This document shows, in pieces, positions 13,747 to 28,366 of a DNA stretch of 64,000 nt (its first letter is position 1; every line of letters begins with the position of its first letter). The notes beneath the pieces are model-generated. The model had not been told where the DNA came from, did no database searches, and saw nothing but the letters and a program-made list of their open reading frames with translations. Origin of the DNA: Octopus vulgaris (lineage: Eukaryota); assembly GCA_951406725.2 (NCBI GenBank), contig OX597825.1:36084001-36148000 (forward strand), in the 5' to 3' direction. The position numbers and the translations under genes are program-made.

Positions 13747-14389
13747 TATCTTTTGTTTCAGTCTGTAGACTGCAGCCATGCTGGAGCACCACATTGAGAA
13801 ATTTTTAGCCCAACTTATTGACCCCAGTACTTATTTTCATTCTAAGCCCGATATTTATTCTATTGTTCTCTTTCACTGAACTGCTAAGTTATAGGAATAT
13901 AAACATACCATCAGTTGTCAAGTATTGGTGGTGGGAGAACAAAGATAGACAAAGACACACACATGCACAAAATGACTTCTTTCAGCTTCTGCCCACCAAA
14001 TCCACTCACAAGGCTGTAGAAGAAGACACTTGCCCAAGGTGCCAATTTAAGATGGCATGGTGTGATTTCAGTGAGTTTTGATTGCTATTTCTAGTAATGA
14101 ACAGAATTTCTCCAATTGGCTCATGATTGTGCTGTCACTTAGGTGACAAAACTGAAGAATTGACTACTAGCAATGTTCTTTATCTGCACAGTATTAGGTC
14201 ATAAATTTTGGCTTGTGGTGCAAGGTATTTGCCTTGGCTAATTAGTCAAAATTCCAGTTAAGATGACTAGAATAATTCCAACCCAGTGCCATACCACACA
14301 CATGGTCCTTGGTTGAACTCTGCTGTCACACTGTCTTGCTGGTCCACTTTTACACTTGACCACCAAGTGAAATTATATACAAGTCTTGT

Positions 14390-15013
14390 TATATATATAT
14401 ATATATAAAACTGAGAAATGTGTGTGCCTGCATCACTAAAACTCGAGAACTACCCTATTTCATTCAAATTTTAAACATGCCTTAGGGGTCCATGCAGTGT
14501 CATGTATCTATATATGTATTAGTTTCATTTCTATTACTTTCAATGACTGGCATCCGTGCTAGTGGAGCACTAAGAGCACCATCCGAGCGTGATTGTTGCT
14601 AGAGCAGCTAACTGGTTTCTGTGTCGGTGGCACATAAGAAGCACCATTCAAGCATGATCGTTACCAGCATTGCCTTACTGGCACTTGAAAAGCATTCAAG
14701 TGAGGTTGTTGCCAGTGCTGCTGGACTGGTTTCTGTGCAGGTGGCATGTAAAAAACACCATTTGAATGTGGCCGTTGCCAGTACCACATGAGTGGCACGT
14801 AAAAGCACATACTATACTCTCAGAGTGGTTGGCATTAGGAAGGGCATCCAGCTGTAGAAACTCTGCCAGATCAAGATTGGAGCCTGGTGCAGCTATCTGG
14901 TTCACCAGCCCTCAGTCAAATCGTTCAACCCATGCTAGAATGGAAAGCAGATGTTAAACGATGATGATGATGATGATATATACACACACACACATTTGTA
15001 TATATATATCTAT

Positions 15014-15061
<48 letters not shown>

Positions 15062-15918
15062 GCACACACACAAGTTGACCAAAATCCTTATACTTCATTT
15101 ACTGTATAGACAGGTTGGATTATTTATATGAACTTGAAGATAGATCGCAATTTAGCATATAATTTAGTAATTGCAGGTTATTATTAATACCAATACAATG
15201 TACATTGGTTTAAATGCCTCATTTTAATAAGGTTAGTGCTTAATCCTGCCTCTGTATTGATTAATTGAAATGTGGTTATTAAGCTTTACTTTTATATTAC
15301 TCTATGGAAGATGGTAGGGATTATAATCTTTTATGACTTAATAGAGTTGTTGCTGTTTAGTTGCATATTTAGGAGGGGTTGTAATTTACTTTATGGAATT
15401 TATTTATTGATATGATTGTACATTGGGTAAATGTGTTTGAAAACTTGTGGTTTCTTTGATTTGTGTGTTCCCAAACAATATTTTAGTGCTGCTGACACCA
15501 CTGGATTAAATGGCACTGCCCAGCTGTCAAAACCATAATGATATCCATGAGGCAGCTGATGGTGGTATATTGGATTGTAGGTATGGCTGTGGAATAGTAT
15601 AACACATCCTTTTGATATATAGTTATGTGTATATATACATGTGTGTAGAAAGAAGACTGTCATATATGTGTATTTGTGTTTGTACCCCCACCATTGCTTG
15701 ACAACTGATGTCTTTACATTCCCATAACTTAGTGGTTTTGGCAAAAGACACTGATAGAATAAGTAGTAGGCTTACAAAGAATAAATCCTGTGGTTGATTT
15801 TTTTCGACCAAAGGCAGTGCTCCAGCTTGGCCACAGTCACATGACTGAAACAAGCAAAACAATAAAAAAAAAAACTATGCCATTTTAATCCCAAGCAAGG
15901 CCGAGTATCTCTGCTAAT
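14390..15918 (+). mobile_element. Probable non-autonomous Helitron interrupted by SINEs
   Basis: 5' TATATATAAAACTGAGAAATGTGTGTG and 3' CCCAAGCAAGGCCGAGTATCTCTGCTAA, both resembling the ends of the 33470-34106 Helitron. Confidence 0.4.
14545..14977 (+). mobile_element. SINE family B
   Basis: GGCATTAGGAAGGGCATCCAGC..GTTAAACGATGATGATG. Confidence 0.8.
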
Positions 15919-15920
15919 AT

Positions 15921-15970
15921 TAAATAAAAAACAAAAACAAACTCAAAAACATGTCTTTTCAGTTTTTATT
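15921..15970 (-). terminator. Probable ALDH polyadenylation signal with downstream GU/U-rich element
   Basis: AATAAA at 15970-15965 followed by CATGTTTTTGAGTTTGTTTTTGTTTTTT; alternative AATAAA at 16145-16150 and 16034-16039. Confidence 0.55.
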
Positions 15971-16213
15971 ATTTGCTTTTAAACATTGACATCAACTGTT
16001 TGTTCAATAGGAGAGAATCAATTATTGTTCATTTTTATTATTTCAGAGTAACAAATGAGTTTCATAAACCGGTAGAAGATTAGGAAAAATATGTTAGCTT
16101 CTTTCAATATCATTCTTCTGTAGAATTGGAATCAATATAAAAATTTTATTGGAAGATCAGAGTCATTAATCCATTCAGTCAACTGCTCCAAAGTGAAGGA
16201 AATCTATGAAATT

Positions 16214-16246
16214 CTAAGAATTCTTCTGGGCAACTTTAATAATGAC
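16214..16246 (-). CDS. ALDH1: ALDH exon 14, coding part ([10 protein letters not shown])
   Basis: 33 nt, TTTCAG acceptor, TAG stop; typical ALDH1/2 QKNS C-terminus. Confidence 0.92.
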   Translation of the reverse strand, partial: VIIKVAQKNS

Positions 16247-19200
16247 CTGAAATAATAATAATAATGATAATGATAATAATAAAGGTGGTTTCAAATTTTG
16301 GCACAAGACCAGCAATTTTGTGGGAGGGTTAAGTAGATTACATCAACCCCAGTGCTAAACTGGTGCTTATTTCATTGACCCCACAAGGATGACTGGCAAA
16401 GTTGATTTCAGCAGAATTTGAACAGAAAAAGATGGACAAAATAAGTATTTTGTCTGGCATTTTCATGGTTCTGCCAGCTCACTGCCTTAATATTAATAAT
16501 AATGGTTTCAAATTGTGGCACGAGGCCAACAATTTCAGGGGAGCGGGGTTTAGTCAATTACATCAATCCTACTGTTTGACTGGCACTTATTTTATCAACC
16601 CAAAAAGGATGAAAGGCAAAGTTGGCCTCGACGGAATTTGAACTCAGAACAAAAATGGACGAAATGCTGCTAAGCATTTTGTCTAGTGTGCTAATGATTC
16701 TGCCAGTTCACCACTGTATAACAGATAAATATAATTTAAAACATTTGAAATAATTGAAATTGTCATTAGAGATCTAGATCCTCCCTCTCAGGAGACTAAG
16801 ATTTTACACCTGAAAAGTTCCAAGACAAGCCTAGGTAACTTATAGATTTTTATAGCAAACCAGCAGTTCCCAATGAATGGCAAGACTTCACTCCAACTCA
16901 CCAATGTTGTCCAAGGGGAAAGCTAGAGCTGATATAGATTGGCACCAGTGTTACTGCAGGTATTGCTGTCAGAATTCTGAATGCAAAGCATCTCCTTCCA
17001 ACAAACAATTCTGCCAATTCACTACCCAGGAATGGCACTTTATTGATCACAAAAAGATGAAAGGCAATGACATTTTTTAATCAATCAACACACAAATGGC
17101 CCATGTACACTTAATACTTTTGTATTTTGCATCATCATTAATATCCATTCCATGCTTGTATGGACCAGACTGTGCTTACAGAAGCACATTTTCTATGGTC
17201 AAGTAATATCCCTGCATAGTCAGATGTTTTTTGTAGAATATTAGAAATGAGTGACACTGCTTGTATGACAGAGGCACTCATTTACAACTAATTTGGGATG
17301 TCAAGACCTGAACACCCACAATGGGCTTCTTTCAGTTTCTGTCTACCAAATCCACTCACAAGGCTTTAATCAACTTGGGGCTAGAATAGAGGACACTTGC
17401 CCAAGATATCACACTGTGGGACTGAACTCGAAACCAATGTAGTTAAGAAGCAAACTTAACCATACAGCCACACCAGCACCTACATGAAAATCTAAATGTT
17501 ACAATTCCCATTTGGACCAAAATGTGTTCAATTTTCTGGCTTGAGAGAGTGTCTCAGTTTGAAAGGATTTAGCATTAAACCTATAGACTTTTTGACAGAT
17601 GGAGACAATACAGAGAATTGAGGACACTTCAGTTTTACAGAGTGACTTTGCAAGTGCTAATGCTATCATAATGCACACCCAGTGCACACTGGGAAAGGGT
17701 TGGTAAATGAGCAGAGACAATACAGAATTGAGAAAACCCTTTAGTACTGCCAAAAGAATCAGGGACATAATTTCTCTAGTGCAGGTGCCATGGTAAAATG
17801 CACCCCCTACATTTTGTGAATGGGTGAGCATTAGGAATTAAATCAAGAAATCATGCTAAAAGCAGAATATTTGCCAAAAATAGAGCATATGAGCAAGTCA
17901 TAGGTTTCCAATCCATTAGGGGAGCACTAACTCCAAATAAGACTGACTCAGACAATGATGGCTTGCTTAACCCATATCTGTATAGAAAACTGGCTCAAGG
18001 TGATTTGGGACAATGAAAATATAGAACAGCCAATGAAAGTAAAAATTCTTCCAGAAATCAATTACTTACATTTTTCACTTCTGTGTATTCATGAAGACCA
18101 TATTCTCCCCTGCATTATGAAAAATAGGAAAACAATTTAAGAATGACAGAATAAAGGCATTATTCATCTGAACAGAGTTTTATTATCATACTTAAGACAC
18201 AAGGTCACAGAACTAAGAGGCTGTGAGCCGACAAGGAAGTTTGTATGTGACTGCACTAGAATGAGTTGAATTTCCTCGCTAGCGAATAAGAAAGAACACA
18301 CTGAATAGATGTCATCCTAGATACATAAAATTCAATAGTCATGGCTAGAAGCCTTTTCATCATAGAGCTGTATATTCAGACCTCAGGCTAAACTACAACT
18401 AAAACACAATATTTATGCTTTTTTGAGATTGATTTTTTCACAAGTGAAACGAAATTGCTCCAACTAGGAGCTGAAACTCATACAAGGCTTACTTTGGCCA
18501 AAGTTTACCAGCATTCCACTTACAATGATTATACTTAATATTGGAAAGACCTGTGGGAAAGATATAAGCTAGGAGAGAATTTCAGAGAGCCAACATGATA
18601 GGAAGAAAGGATTGGGCATAGCGATTAGTGTGGTGGTGGGGGTGAGGTGTGAGACACTAGAGTGATGATGAGGAGGGCAAATGGAGGTGGCATAAGTTCT
18701 ATTATAGTCTCAGCACCCGCCTTGTAAATATTATTAGGAATTGTATATAAAAAAAATTGTTAAAATATTTCGTACACTGTGGAATATAATAACCAATTTA
18801 TTGCACACAATTTTTTTAATAAAATCTTATATGGACCCCCAAGGGCAATATGGACCCAGGTTGAGAACCAATGAGCCAGACAGCTACAGTTAATATCTCA
18901 TTTGCAATTTTTTTTTTTTTGACAAATGTATATTTTTGTCTTGATACAACAGAAGGATAATAAAATAAAAATCAATCTGGGTAGATTATTAGTATTTATA
19001 CATACTAGAAAGTAACTTGACTTGCTGCAAATAATAGCAAGCCCTAACCCTTTTGATACCAGCCTGCTGCAAATTACCCCTTGCTCTGTGTTACAAACAT
19101 TTTGGTTTCAAGAGTCCTGAATTAAAATCTTCTGTCACAACTTAGTGTTAATTTATGTTCCAAAAACCAACTAATAATGACAAAGTTATTTTACTAAACT

Positions 19201-22200
19201 CTACAATATTTTCAAAATTAATTGAAATAAAAACAGAGAATCTTGACAGAAATATGGTAACAAAAAGGCTGTCACATCCAACCTTCTGGGTGGGGGTTGG
19301 AGACATTGGATAAAGCATTTTTTAGTTGCTTTAGATTACAGGTCTACTATCTCTAAGGCTAAACAATAACATTATCAATTATCAGTAGAATTTTAACTCA
19401 ATGTTTGTGGTGTTTGGATGGGAGGGATTGTTATTAAATATTTTTAAAACATTCAAGTCTATTAACATTTGCCAATTATCAACTTACAGTTCTCTGCCAA
19501 TTCCTGACATTTTAAATCCACCGAATGGAGATTGTGGGCATACACTGTTATAGGTGTTCACCCTGCAGAATAAAATACAAGAAAAATATATAGAAGAGAA
19601 TACAAAGAAACATTTTAAATAAACATTCAATACAAAACTTACAACAGCACCAAGTTGCATCTATTCTGAATTGTTCATGTAACAATAGCAGTGAGGTTAG
19701 GGTACAGTACTAATAACCACATGGTCATAAGTTCAAATCTTAACACTGTCACAGTAATGTGGTCCGTGGACAACACAATTAGCTACTTCTTCCAGTTTTC
19801 ATGACTGACTGACTGACTGACAAATTGGTGCAACTCTGTGACTTGCTGGAGTCTGTCAAACCACCCAATCCAAACCCATATGGAAAAGACATTAAATGAA
19901 TAAAAGTGTCTGAATTTAGGTGCAATGCCAGCAATTTTGAGAGAAGAGGTAAGTTGATTACATCGACCCCAGTATTCAAATGGTACTTATTTTATTTACC
20001 CCTGAAAGGATGAAAGGCAAAGTTGACCTTGGTAGAATTTGAACTCAGAACATCAAGATAGATGAAATGTCGCCAAGCATTTTGCCTGACTGGCTAATAA
20101 CTTTGCCAGCTCACCGCCTTTTTTAATATTGATTTAAAATGTTAACACAAGACCAGCAAGTTCAGGAGAGGGTTTAAGTCAATTATATCAACCCCAGTGC
20201 TCAGCTGGTACTTATTTTATTGACCTTTGAAAAAACAAAGGCCAAAGTTAATTTCGGGAGAATTTGAACTTAGAATGTAAAGACAGATGAAATGTCACTA
20301 AGCATTTCACCCGGCCTGCTAACTTCTTTCTACATCCCAGTTTATTAGACAAGTAATGAAGTGGTGAGGTGACAGTGTCATTAGTGTTGGATAGAATACC
20401 CTGTGGTATGGTCTAGCTTACTGCACACTGGATTGAAGTCAATTTTGCCTTTCATCTTTTTAGGCTTTACTTACATACATACACACACACACACACTGGT
20501 GCCAAACTATATCAGCTCTAGCTTTCTCCTTGGACAACATTGGCCACTTGGAGTGAAGTCTTGCCATTCATTGGGAACTACTGGTTTGCTATAAAAAATT
20601 TTTAAAAGTTACCTAGGCTTGTCTTGGAACTTTTCAGTTCAATGATGAAGTCATAAAACTTAATATTTCTGTTATTACATCCTTATTTCAATGCAAACCA
20701 AAAATAAGAGTTTTTCAATCTGTACAATTCCTTTTCATCTAGTTCAAAACCTACTCTGCTGACTATTCCAAGTAAGCAGTCTCCTAGTAGGCAATAGATC
20801 TTTTAAATTTGTGTTCCATCTGTCACAACATCTTATGTTAAGTGTCATAAGTCCCTAAATAGTTTTCAGAAGTCAACTCTTTAGTCCAGTTCGTTGGCTT
20901 GAAGCACAAGAAAGAATTCTTTTCTAGTATAGGACAAGAGCTTCTTACACGTAATATTCCCATAGAATCTAATATCTATCACCAATGGCTAGGTGATGAG
21001 TGGAATAGAGAATTAAGTGTAAAAACCAAATACCTAACAAGGTGTGGCTGTGTGGTAAGAAGCTTGCTTCCCAACCACATGGTTTTTCGTTCAGTCCCAC
21101 TGTCTGGCACCTTGGGCAAGTGTCTTCTACTACTGCCTTGGGCCTACCAAAGCCTTGTGAGTGGATTTGATAGACAGAAACAAAGAAGCCTGTCATATAT
21201 GTGTCCCTTACTACCACTTAACAACCGGTGTTGGTGTGTTTATGTCCCTGTAATTTAGCAGTTCAGCAAAAGACTGATAGAACACGTATCAGGCTTAAAA
21301 AAAGAAAAAAAGTACTGGGGTCGATTCATTCAATGGAAAATTTCTCAAAGCAGTGTTCCAGCATGGCCACAGTCTTGTGACTGAAACAAGATAAAAGAAT
21401 ATGGCATTGGTGGATTTGATCCCAAAACAACCGAGATAATAGTGGTATGGTGATTTCAGAAGCATGTTACCATCAGCAAATTTAAAGCTGGCCTTACTGT
21501 TCAATGAACCAGACCCTAGGTGTATTTCCTCAGCTATAGACAATATCATGGCCAGGATATTAACTCTCACCATGACTATTTTCAGTTGAAGTATTAACTA
21601 GATTTAATCCTTTGGGATATGGTACCTCAATGTGTAAGCAGGTGACCCTCTTTGTATAAAAAAAACCTATAAAAAAAAAAAAAAAACAGCATGGCAATCA
21701 GAATTGCTTCAGGCTATCTTCCTTGTCTCACCATAAATTTAGGAAATTGCTTGTTAATAACTTCCAGAACCCATTTGTATAAGATTAAGCAGAGCTGAGA
21801 AATAAGATCTTACCAAACAGTTCCAGCCTGAACAGCACTTGTGAAGGTCATAGCCTTGTCAATGTCTTTTGTGAAGATAGCAGCTCCAAGACCGTAGTGC
21901 GTTTTATTGGCACGATCTATGACTTCCTCAATATCAGTGAACTTTATAATCTGTTGTACCGGACCAAATATCTACAAAAGAAAAAGAATTATAATGTAAG
22001 AAAACCAGTGTTTCCATAGCCCCGCTCAATAACCAGTGTTGGTTTGTTTATGTCCCTATAACTAAGCAATTCAGTAATAACAACTGATAAGATAAGTAAC
22101 AAGTTTAAAAAAGAATATGGAGTTGATTTGTTTGACTATAACCAATCAAGATTGGTGCAACACCAATATATATATATATATATATATAGTAGAATAAAAA

Positions 22201-25200
22201 TAGTTCTTGATACAGTATATTTGAAAAGATGAGTAGAGATGGCTTTTGGGGGAATCATTTTTATTTTAATGATAATGTTTACAGTTACTCTGAGTTTTGA
22301 GCTTTTCAAACTGAAATTCTGTGGTTTAGAAGGTTGCTTATATGGGAAAAGAAATTTTCTTACAAGTATACAGATAAAAAAGAAAAAATATTAAAAATAA
22401 TACAAAAAGTAAATAGAACAGCATGTGTTGAAAAAGAAAGAAAAAGGAAAAAAAGAACATGAAGAAGTGCAAGAGGAAGGAAGCAGGAAGGTAAAAAGTA
22501 AGACAATAAGTAATTGAAAATGGTAGGGAGAAGAGATTAGTCTATCAGGAATAAAGAATAAAGAAATGGGATGCTTTAGGAGTTCTTGTCAAAGGATGAC
22601 CTTTGTGAATCCTCTGATCTAAGGTCACCTTATTCATCCTTCACAGCTGGCAAGGTGTGCCCCTCCCCCACCTATATACCCTGACAGACTAATCTCTTCC
22701 AACTACTTTGTCTTCTTCCTCTTACTCTTTTCCTCCATGTTCTTTTTTCCTTTTCCACCTTTTTCTTTTTTCAAACATGCTGTTCTATTTACTTTATGTA
22801 TTTTATTATTTTTTATCTTTTTTCTATTTTTTTTTTAATTGTATACTTCTAAGAAAAATTCTTTTGCCATATAAGCAACCTTCTAAACCAGAGAATTTCA
22901 GTTTGAAAACAGCTATTGGAAAGCTCAAAAGTCAGAGTAACTGTAAACTATTTTCCTGAGTTTAGTACAATACATATCAGAAGAGGAGGTGACAATAAAA
23001 AGTCAACTGCACTCTAGAAGGGCTTTGCTATAGCATGGCTACAGTCCAATGACTGATAACAGAGCTGAAGGTAAATGTGTTTTGAAAACTTACCTCTTCT
23101 TTGCTGATTCTCATGTTGTCTTTGACATCTGCAAAGACAGTTGGTTCCATAAAATATCCTTTGTCCCCTTTCTGTTTTCCTCCACACATCATCCTGGCAC
23201 CTTCTGATTCTCCACTCTTCACCAAATCAATGATCTTAGACAGCTGGTCAGCATCAACCTAGAGACAGAAGAGGGGAAGTTGAAAATATCAACCTGGCAA
23301 ATTTGATGGCAACCATTTGGAGAAACATTAATTGTTCAGAGTGCAAAGAGTTGGTGAAATGGTTTAAATGGAATGATGGTATAATCTCACAATCTGGTTT
23401 AAATCTATAGAATCATTCCATTACTAAAACATGTAACCCTTTAGCATTCACATTACTGTCAAATGTAATGTTTATTTACTCCCACCGTTTTTAATCAATC
23501 CTGCATTATCTCATAGCTTTGAGATTTTAATGATGCGATTCTTTATTTTTAAGATAACATTGTAGGATAGGTATGAGATATCAGATCTGGTTGATATGAA
23601 CATAAGTAAAATATTTGAGTTGGATATGGAAGGTTTAAATGCTAAACGGTTAAATTCCTTATGAGCTGAAGTGCAGTGGATCAGAACTCATAGAATTTAA
23701 ATGTTTTGGCAATGATGATTATTTTATTCGCAGAATTACCAAATTCCTGCTCACACTAGCAAAATGGTAATTAGTGGCAGCAAATGGTTAGTGAATGCAG
23801 TATTCAGTTCAGATCCTTTCATGACTGGTTTATTGGAGAAGTGTGTGGGTGCTCAGGAGAGAGAGAATTGGGGGTGGGAGGGTGAGTTGGGGGTAGGTGC
23901 GAGCCTGTTATGGGACAGCGAACATGTGTGTGGCAGTACTTGTACTATTCCATAAAACAGGGGTCCCAACTACTGGGACACACAGAAGGAATAAATTTAA
24001 TTTTATTTCTATTCTATTGACTATTGCAGTCTACAGTGTGTTTTTTTGTATCATATACGAGGGGGGGGGGTGTTAAAAAGTTCCTGGCTTTGGGTAAAAG
24101 AAAATACAGGGGGATCAGTTAATTATGATTTGATTCAACATATTCCCCTCTCAGAGCTACACTCTTATTGCAGTGAATCCTTCAGTTTTCCTAAGCCCTG
24201 TGAAAGAACTTGGAAGGTTATGCCTTTAATCAGGCCTTTTGTGATACCCTTAAAACCAGGAACTTTTCAGCACCTTCCTTGTATGTATAATGTATGTAAG
24301 ATATACAGGGTGTTCATAAATTATCATTACAACTTTCACAATTTAGTGTATTGTATCATGAAGGTGAACTGCTTCCAGTTAAATTTTGCTGAGTTATCCC
24401 TATTTCTCATTAAAAAAAATTTTTAATTTGTAAAGGTAATTTATGGACACCTTGTATGTATTATATATGTAATAAATTACAAACTACACTATTGTTATAC
24501 TTGGGGATAGTCATCCTTTTGCCAATTAAACACACGCATACACACAGTTTATTTGATCTTCACTTTAAGCATTATTATTACTATTTGTTCATTTGTCAAA
24601 ATTCTTTTGTCACACATTCTGTGACCTCTTCAGTGACTTACTGTCCTACATGTCTCCTCCTGTCTTGCCTATTCCATTTTGTCTTTCTGCAGTATATATT
24701 ATGCACTTTGTGTTTCTCTGGTCCATGGAAAATTTATCTTGCCTGAAACCACTCCATGATGCAAAAAAGGGTGAGGTCCACTGCCATAAAGCATCTCACT
24801 CACACACACGCACATGACAGACGTGTCATTCTCCAAGCTGAATGGTACCATTCAGAGTGGTAATGTAGAGCTGTAAGCACCATCAAGCTTTACCTCTAGA
24901 TATTTGGTATACACCCAAAACAGACCCATAAAATAACACATGATTCCAGTGACACAGAATATGTGTTGATTACAAATAATGGTAAAGATATTTTGGCAAT
25001 AATCAGGAAAAATGGAATAATATAGAGAAGAATTTTTACCTGAGGTCCATTTTCTGTTTCAGAGTCAAAGGGATCACCAACTTTTCGTTTCTGGGCTCTT
25101 GCAACACTCTTGGCAACAAATTCATCATAGATGCCTTCCTGTACATATGTACGCGAACCAGCAACACAGCACTGACCCATGTTGGTCATTACAGCCTCAT

Positions 25201-28200
25201 GAGCTACTGCTACTGCAGAATCAACTGCAAGTCAAAACAACAGAGCATCAGTTATCCAAGAATAGGATGTCAGGGGTAACTAATTTATTCAATACTATAA
25301 ATCTCTTAAATTTGAAATAATTTTTTGACAGAAAACTGGCGTGGTTGTGTGGAGGCACAAACATGGCTGTATGGTAAGAAGCTTGCTTCCCAACCACAAG
25401 GTTCTGGGTTCAGTTCCACTGCATGGCACCTTGGGCAAGTGTCTTCTATAGCCTCAGGCTGACCAAAGCCTTATGAGTGGATTTGGTAGACAGAAACTTA
25501 AAGAAGCCCATCATTAGAGAGTGTCTGTGTCTGTCCACCACTGTTGAATAACCTGTGTTGCTGCATTTACATCTACCATAACTTTGCAGTCAGCAAAAGA
25601 GACCGATAGAATAAGTACGAAGCTTTAAACAAAATTAAGTACTAGGATCGATTCATTCGATTAAAAATTCTTCTCGGCTATAACAGCTTCAAACCAATGA
25701 AGCCCCTATGTGATTACTTGACCTGCTGAAAATAGAAAGCTCTCCTTCAAATCCCCATTTCTTTTAAAAAAGGGAGGTACTGTAATGTGGATGCCTCATT
25801 CATAATTGTCTGATCAGGTCAAAAATCTGGTGTGAGCTTATAGTGGATAGTAAACATTATAAATCAAGAGAAGTGTGGGATGAAGTGTGGAGGCAAAATC
25901 TCAGAAATGTTGAGTTTCTGAGATGAAATGACACAGGATCAATAAGAAATTGTAATATGCAGTAACACCAGGTTCATATGAGACAGGAGGAAAACAGGCA
26001 TAAAAAAAAAAATGAAAAAACCCCCAAAAAACTTGAGAACATTAATATTGGATAAGCAGAACCAAAATCGAAGTCGATCAACATCAATGGAAATTGCAGC
26101 TGTGATACCAGTGCCGGTGACAAGTTAGCGAACCATCCGATCGTGGCCGTTGCCAGCGCTGCCCCGACTGGCCTCCGTGCCGGGGGGCACATAAAAAGCA
26201 CCATCCGTTCGTGGCCGGTGGTATGTAAAAAGCACCATCTGTCCGGGGCCGTTTTGCCAGCCCCGTCTGGCACCTGTGCGGGTGCCACGTAAAAAGCACC
26301 CACTACACTCACGGAGTGGTTGGCGTTAGGAAGGGCATCCAGCCGTAGAAACTCTGCCAGATCAGACTGGGCCTGATGCAGCCTTCTGGCTTCCCAGACC
26401 CCAGTTGAACCGTCCAACCCATGCTAGCATGGAAAGCGGACGCTAAATGACGATGATGATGTGGTTCTTATAAAATGGAATGGTCAAAGCTAGAATAACT
26501 ATCATTGGCCTACTTGAACAGATCTAAACAACACAGTTTGTTAATATTAATAAGAATGAAAACTAAATAATGGTTCACAAGAATTTGTAGTGCCAGACAA
26601 TTCTCAAAGACCATCTGTAATTCCTTAAAAGACCAAATAAAAAGAATTGACAGTACAATGTGGTGTGAAGGACTGAAACAAAGAAAAAAAATGTGTACTT
26701 ACGGTCAGCATCAGCAAAAATAACACATGGACTTTTGCCACCAAGTTCCAGAGAACAACGCTTCAAATTGGAAGCACCAGCAGCTTGCATAATTACTTGA
26801 CCAACCTAAAAACAGAAAAAAAAGATAACTTTAGCAAGACACCATGTATGACTCCTATTTTAGGGTAAGTAAGAATTTGTGATGTTCATGCCTTTACTTA
26901 GGGTATATTAGTAGCATAAGTTAAATTGAAGTTAAATTACTTTAAGATAAGATCAAAAGTAGCCACAAATTCAGCTAAGAAAGAATTTGTGTGTGTGTTG
27001 GGAAGACCATTATTGGGAATAAACTAAGGAATATTTCCTTCAAAAGGAATTACATTGCTCAACTTGTTCAGATATTTTTTGAGTTAGCAAATATATTTTA
27101 ACTTGCTTATTTTTAACTTATCCTTGCTAATCCTGATTATTACATATGGATTAGTTTTATCTGAAAATATTTCTTAAATTCAGTGTTTCAGAGGTGCTAT
27201 TTGCACTGCAACAGATCTTGTATTAAGCATAAAAATCAAGCCAAATATGTTTATATGTAAAAGAACAGGTTGGGAGAAATGTTCAAAAACAAAAGGATTA
27301 TATACTAAAAAAAATTTTGAGTAGGATTTTAACTTGGAAGTCCCACAGCCCCAATGTAGCCAGGGTGAAACTTGTAGAATTGTGATCTCAAGTGAGAATC
27401 ATCACTTAACATTGTAAATTGTTAAATACAATACTACTGGCAGTGAAGATAGGAATATTGGTAAATTTTAGTTTAATGTTTTAGTAATATTGTACTTACC
27501 TCTGTTGAACCAGTGAATGCTACCTTGTTAATCTCAGGGTGTGTGCTTATTGCTGCTCCAGCTGTGGGCCCATAGCCAGGTACGATGTTAACAACACCAG
27601 GTGGAAAACCTGCCTATAATAAAAAACAAAAGTATAATAATGATTTATAACTTATAAGTAACAGGATTTTTGACATAAGCACATGGCCACTTTTCTTTCT
27701 TTAATTATGAGGAAATTTGAAAGTAAATCCAGTATTTGATCAGAGTTGACCAAGAACTAAACAACCTAGTAGAGACTAAGTTTTGACAAGTTAGCCATCA
27801 TTGATAAATTAATCATCATTGATGATGAATTAATGAAGAAACAAATATTTATTTTAATTTTTCTAAATTGATATTGCAATGACATTATTAGTTCCAGGTT
27901 TCTACGACGCCCAATCATGGGTTTATTGCATTTTCTGATGGTGTGTGAATGAGAAGGGAGAGTAACTTGAAGCAAAATAAACATATGGCAAGAAACTTTG
28001 TAGAACATTGAATTTTGATGATTGTCCTTTGCCAATATACACTGGCAAAAGACATTCATATACATAAATACACAAACGCACACACCCTTAAATGAAATGA
28101 GAATAATATTGGGTTTCAAAATTTGTCACAAGGCCAGCAAATTTGGAGGAGGGGAGTTGCTTACATCAACCTCAGTACAACTGGTGTTTATTTCATCAAC

Positions 28201-28304
28201 CCTGAAAGGTAGAAAGGCAAAGTTGACCCTGGTGGAATTTTTACTTAAAACAGAAAGGCAGAAGAAATGCTGCTAAGCATTTTGTTTGGAGCCTTTCTGT
28301 GTGT

Positions 28305-28366
<62 letters not shown>

